Below the pieces are notes generated by a model, which ran no database searches, was not told where the DNA came from, and saw only the letters and a program-made list of their open reading frames with translations. Of a DNA stretch of 64,000 bases, positions 61,741 to 64,000 are shown in pieces. This stretch comes from Octopus vulgaris (taxonomy: Eukaryota). Position 1 is the first letter of the stretch, and each line of letters begins with the position of its first letter. The position numbers were made by a program, and so were the translations under genes. The DNA is taken from assembly GCA_951406725.2 (NCBI GenBank), contig OX597820.1, forward strand, positions 127,596,001 to 127,660,000, given 5' to 3'.

Positions 61741-61968
61741 GTATGTATAGGTATACATGTATGCATATGTGTGGCCTGTTTATGTATGTGAATGTATATG
61801 TATATAGAAGTAGCAACATACGCTTAAGCTTATATATGTGTGTGTGTGTGTACATATATATAAATATTTATACATGTATGTATGCATAATAGTACACAAA
61901 CACATTATTTCCTATATGTAATGTACTCTCATGCACAAATACATGTTTACACACGCGCGCGAGCGCGT

Positions 61969-62010
<42 letters not shown>

Positions 62011-63065
62011 ATACACTCATACAAACATATGCTCATTTCACAAAAGGGAAGAGGGGGAGAACGAGAAATAAAAAAAAATGGGTGGAAAGGCTGAATAAAC
62101 GAAGAAATAGAAAAGTAAGCAAAACAGAAAAATAAAGAAACAAACGATGGTAGAAGATATTTATAAATATATAATGATATATAGAGAAAGAGATAGGAAA
62201 TTATGGTTTAATATAGTTTCTGTAATGAAAAAAGGAAAAGAAGAAAAACAGAAATAGAAAAAGAAAATCCGTTTTCTCTCCAAAATTCGTTTCGTTTCGT
62301 AATAGTGCAGAAATAGATTAGAAACTTCGCAATATACTTTGCAATATCTTTTGAAGATCTTTAGGGTGATAAATCATTGACTATCGATTTAATAAGATTC
62401 GATAAACTCCCCCCTTTTTCTGGATGACTAACCATGGTGGCAACATACTGCACTGGTTTTTATTAAAATTAACTCCTGCTCGAAAAGAATTTACAAAGTA
62501 GATGGTAAATTGGAATTTATTTTTAGGGAAACAAAATGGCTGAAAATGGCTAGAAACACCGATAAAATGACAAATTAATTAGTTTTTGTTTTGCCTATGT
62601 AGAAGAATTAGGAAAAAGACACATACATACATACATACATACATACATACATACATACATACATACATACATACATACATACATAAACACACAAAAAAAT
62701 AATGTGATAAATATATTGACTGCAATAGGAAAAGCCGGATGGATAAAACATTTCACTACGAATATTGTTAAGTCATGCGTTTGTTATGATATATACTATG
62801 AAAGTGTAACCAGTATATAACCGACGTTTCAGCAACAATATTAGCCTGGAATTTTTGTGGTAGTCATGGCTGTAACGGTAAGAAGAAAAAAAATCAGTAA
62901 AAGTACTTTGAGATACCATTCACATGAAAACCAATAGCTTAGTGTTATGACAACTTACGCAGTGAAAACCCGAGAGGTGATGAGAAATACCTATTTAGTG
63001 AAAAAAGTCAATATCAGTCCAATAACCAATATTATTCTAATCATATTGGTAAGTACGGGAGACAA

Positions 63066-63107
63066 GTTTGGACATGTTTCAGTCATACTGGACCTTCTCA
63101 GCGAAAC
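63066..63107 (-). ncRNA. Degenerate minimal hammerhead motif
   Basis: GUUUCG CUGAGAA GGUC-CAGUAU-GACU GAAA CAUG UC CAAAC; palindromic stem III; core one change from CUGANGA. Confidence 0.5.
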
Positions 63108-63219
63108 ATAGACTTCATATGTAACAAAGTTGCTATAAGAGACCTATAAATAAAAGTATAATATCGTACACGACTAGGCTTGAAAAGTTAACATATTTAA
63201 AACAAAAATCACTGAGGAC

Positions 63220-63254
<35 letters not shown>

Positions 63255-63628
63255 AAGAGGAGGGAGAGAGAGAGAGAAAGAGGAGAGAGAAAGAGAGAGA
63301 AAGAGGAGAGAGAGAGAGAGAATTGCCGCAACGTTAGGGCTGGTATTCGTCAAGAGCGTCGGTCAAGGACAAAACGCACCACTCGGGCTAGAAACAAGTC
63401 ACGCCGATTATAATCGTGAGTTAAACGCCCTACTCACTGGACCATGCATCTTCACATAGTACACGCGCGCAAGCACATACAGGCAAAATCTTCAGATTTG
63501 CTCTTATTAAAACTGTAATATGGAAATCTTTCCCTTAATCCTCTATGTCTCTCAAAATCAGTTTTATAATTTTCTATTTTCCGTGTTTTTTTTTTCAAAC
63601 TACTTCTCCCTTTCTTCCGCCCAGACAA

Positions 63629-63672
<44 letters not shown>

Positions 63673-64000
63673 ACTCTCTCTCTCTCTCTCCCTCCTATAT
63701 ATGTGCGCGCGCGCGTGCGTGTGTGCGTGTGTGTGCGCGTGTGCGCGCGTGTGTGGGTATGTGTAAGTACTTTAAAAAAGTTTCAGCGTCCTTCTCAGTA
63801 ATGTACACCATATTTTGAAATTTAGAAAAGTATCGATTACAACAAAATTACCATTTTTTGACAGAATGGCTACTGAAAATAACGTCAACCTGATAACGTA
63901 TATATATTATAAAGGTATAGACACATCAGTATCCGAACTTGAAACCATTTCATCCATCTCCTAATATAATAATGGGCGTAGTGTTTATATACACACACAC

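Overview
AT-rich, microsatellite-saturated metazoan DNA. The SINE families and repeat landscape look like an Octopus/cephalopod genome (inference from recalled repeat sequences, not a database match). I found no convincing host protein-coding exon; almost all long ORFs in the track are microsatellite artefacts. The window is a nest of mobile elements: (1) a complete 4.25-kb Gypsy-type LTR retrotransposon (45695-49947; 272-bp LTRs differing at 2 sites; GTTGA TSD) inserted into an RTE LINE, whose primer-binding site is complementary to the 5' 12 nt of tRNA-Phe rather than to a tRNA 3' end; (2) a full-length, decayed hAT transposon (27345-31386; 8-bp TSD) inserted into a Penelope-like RT/GIY-YIG pseudogene and itself hit twice by a small element with a tRNA head, (AAT)n and a hammerhead ribozyme; (3) several minimal hammerhead motifs of the Penelope pseudo-LTR type, including a perfect 213-bp inverted pair with a U3-A8 covariant core; (4) several distinct R4/Dong-like RLE LINE 3' ends, each in a (TAA)n array; (5) many tRNA-SINEs plus Helitron, mariner and Chapaev-like remnants.
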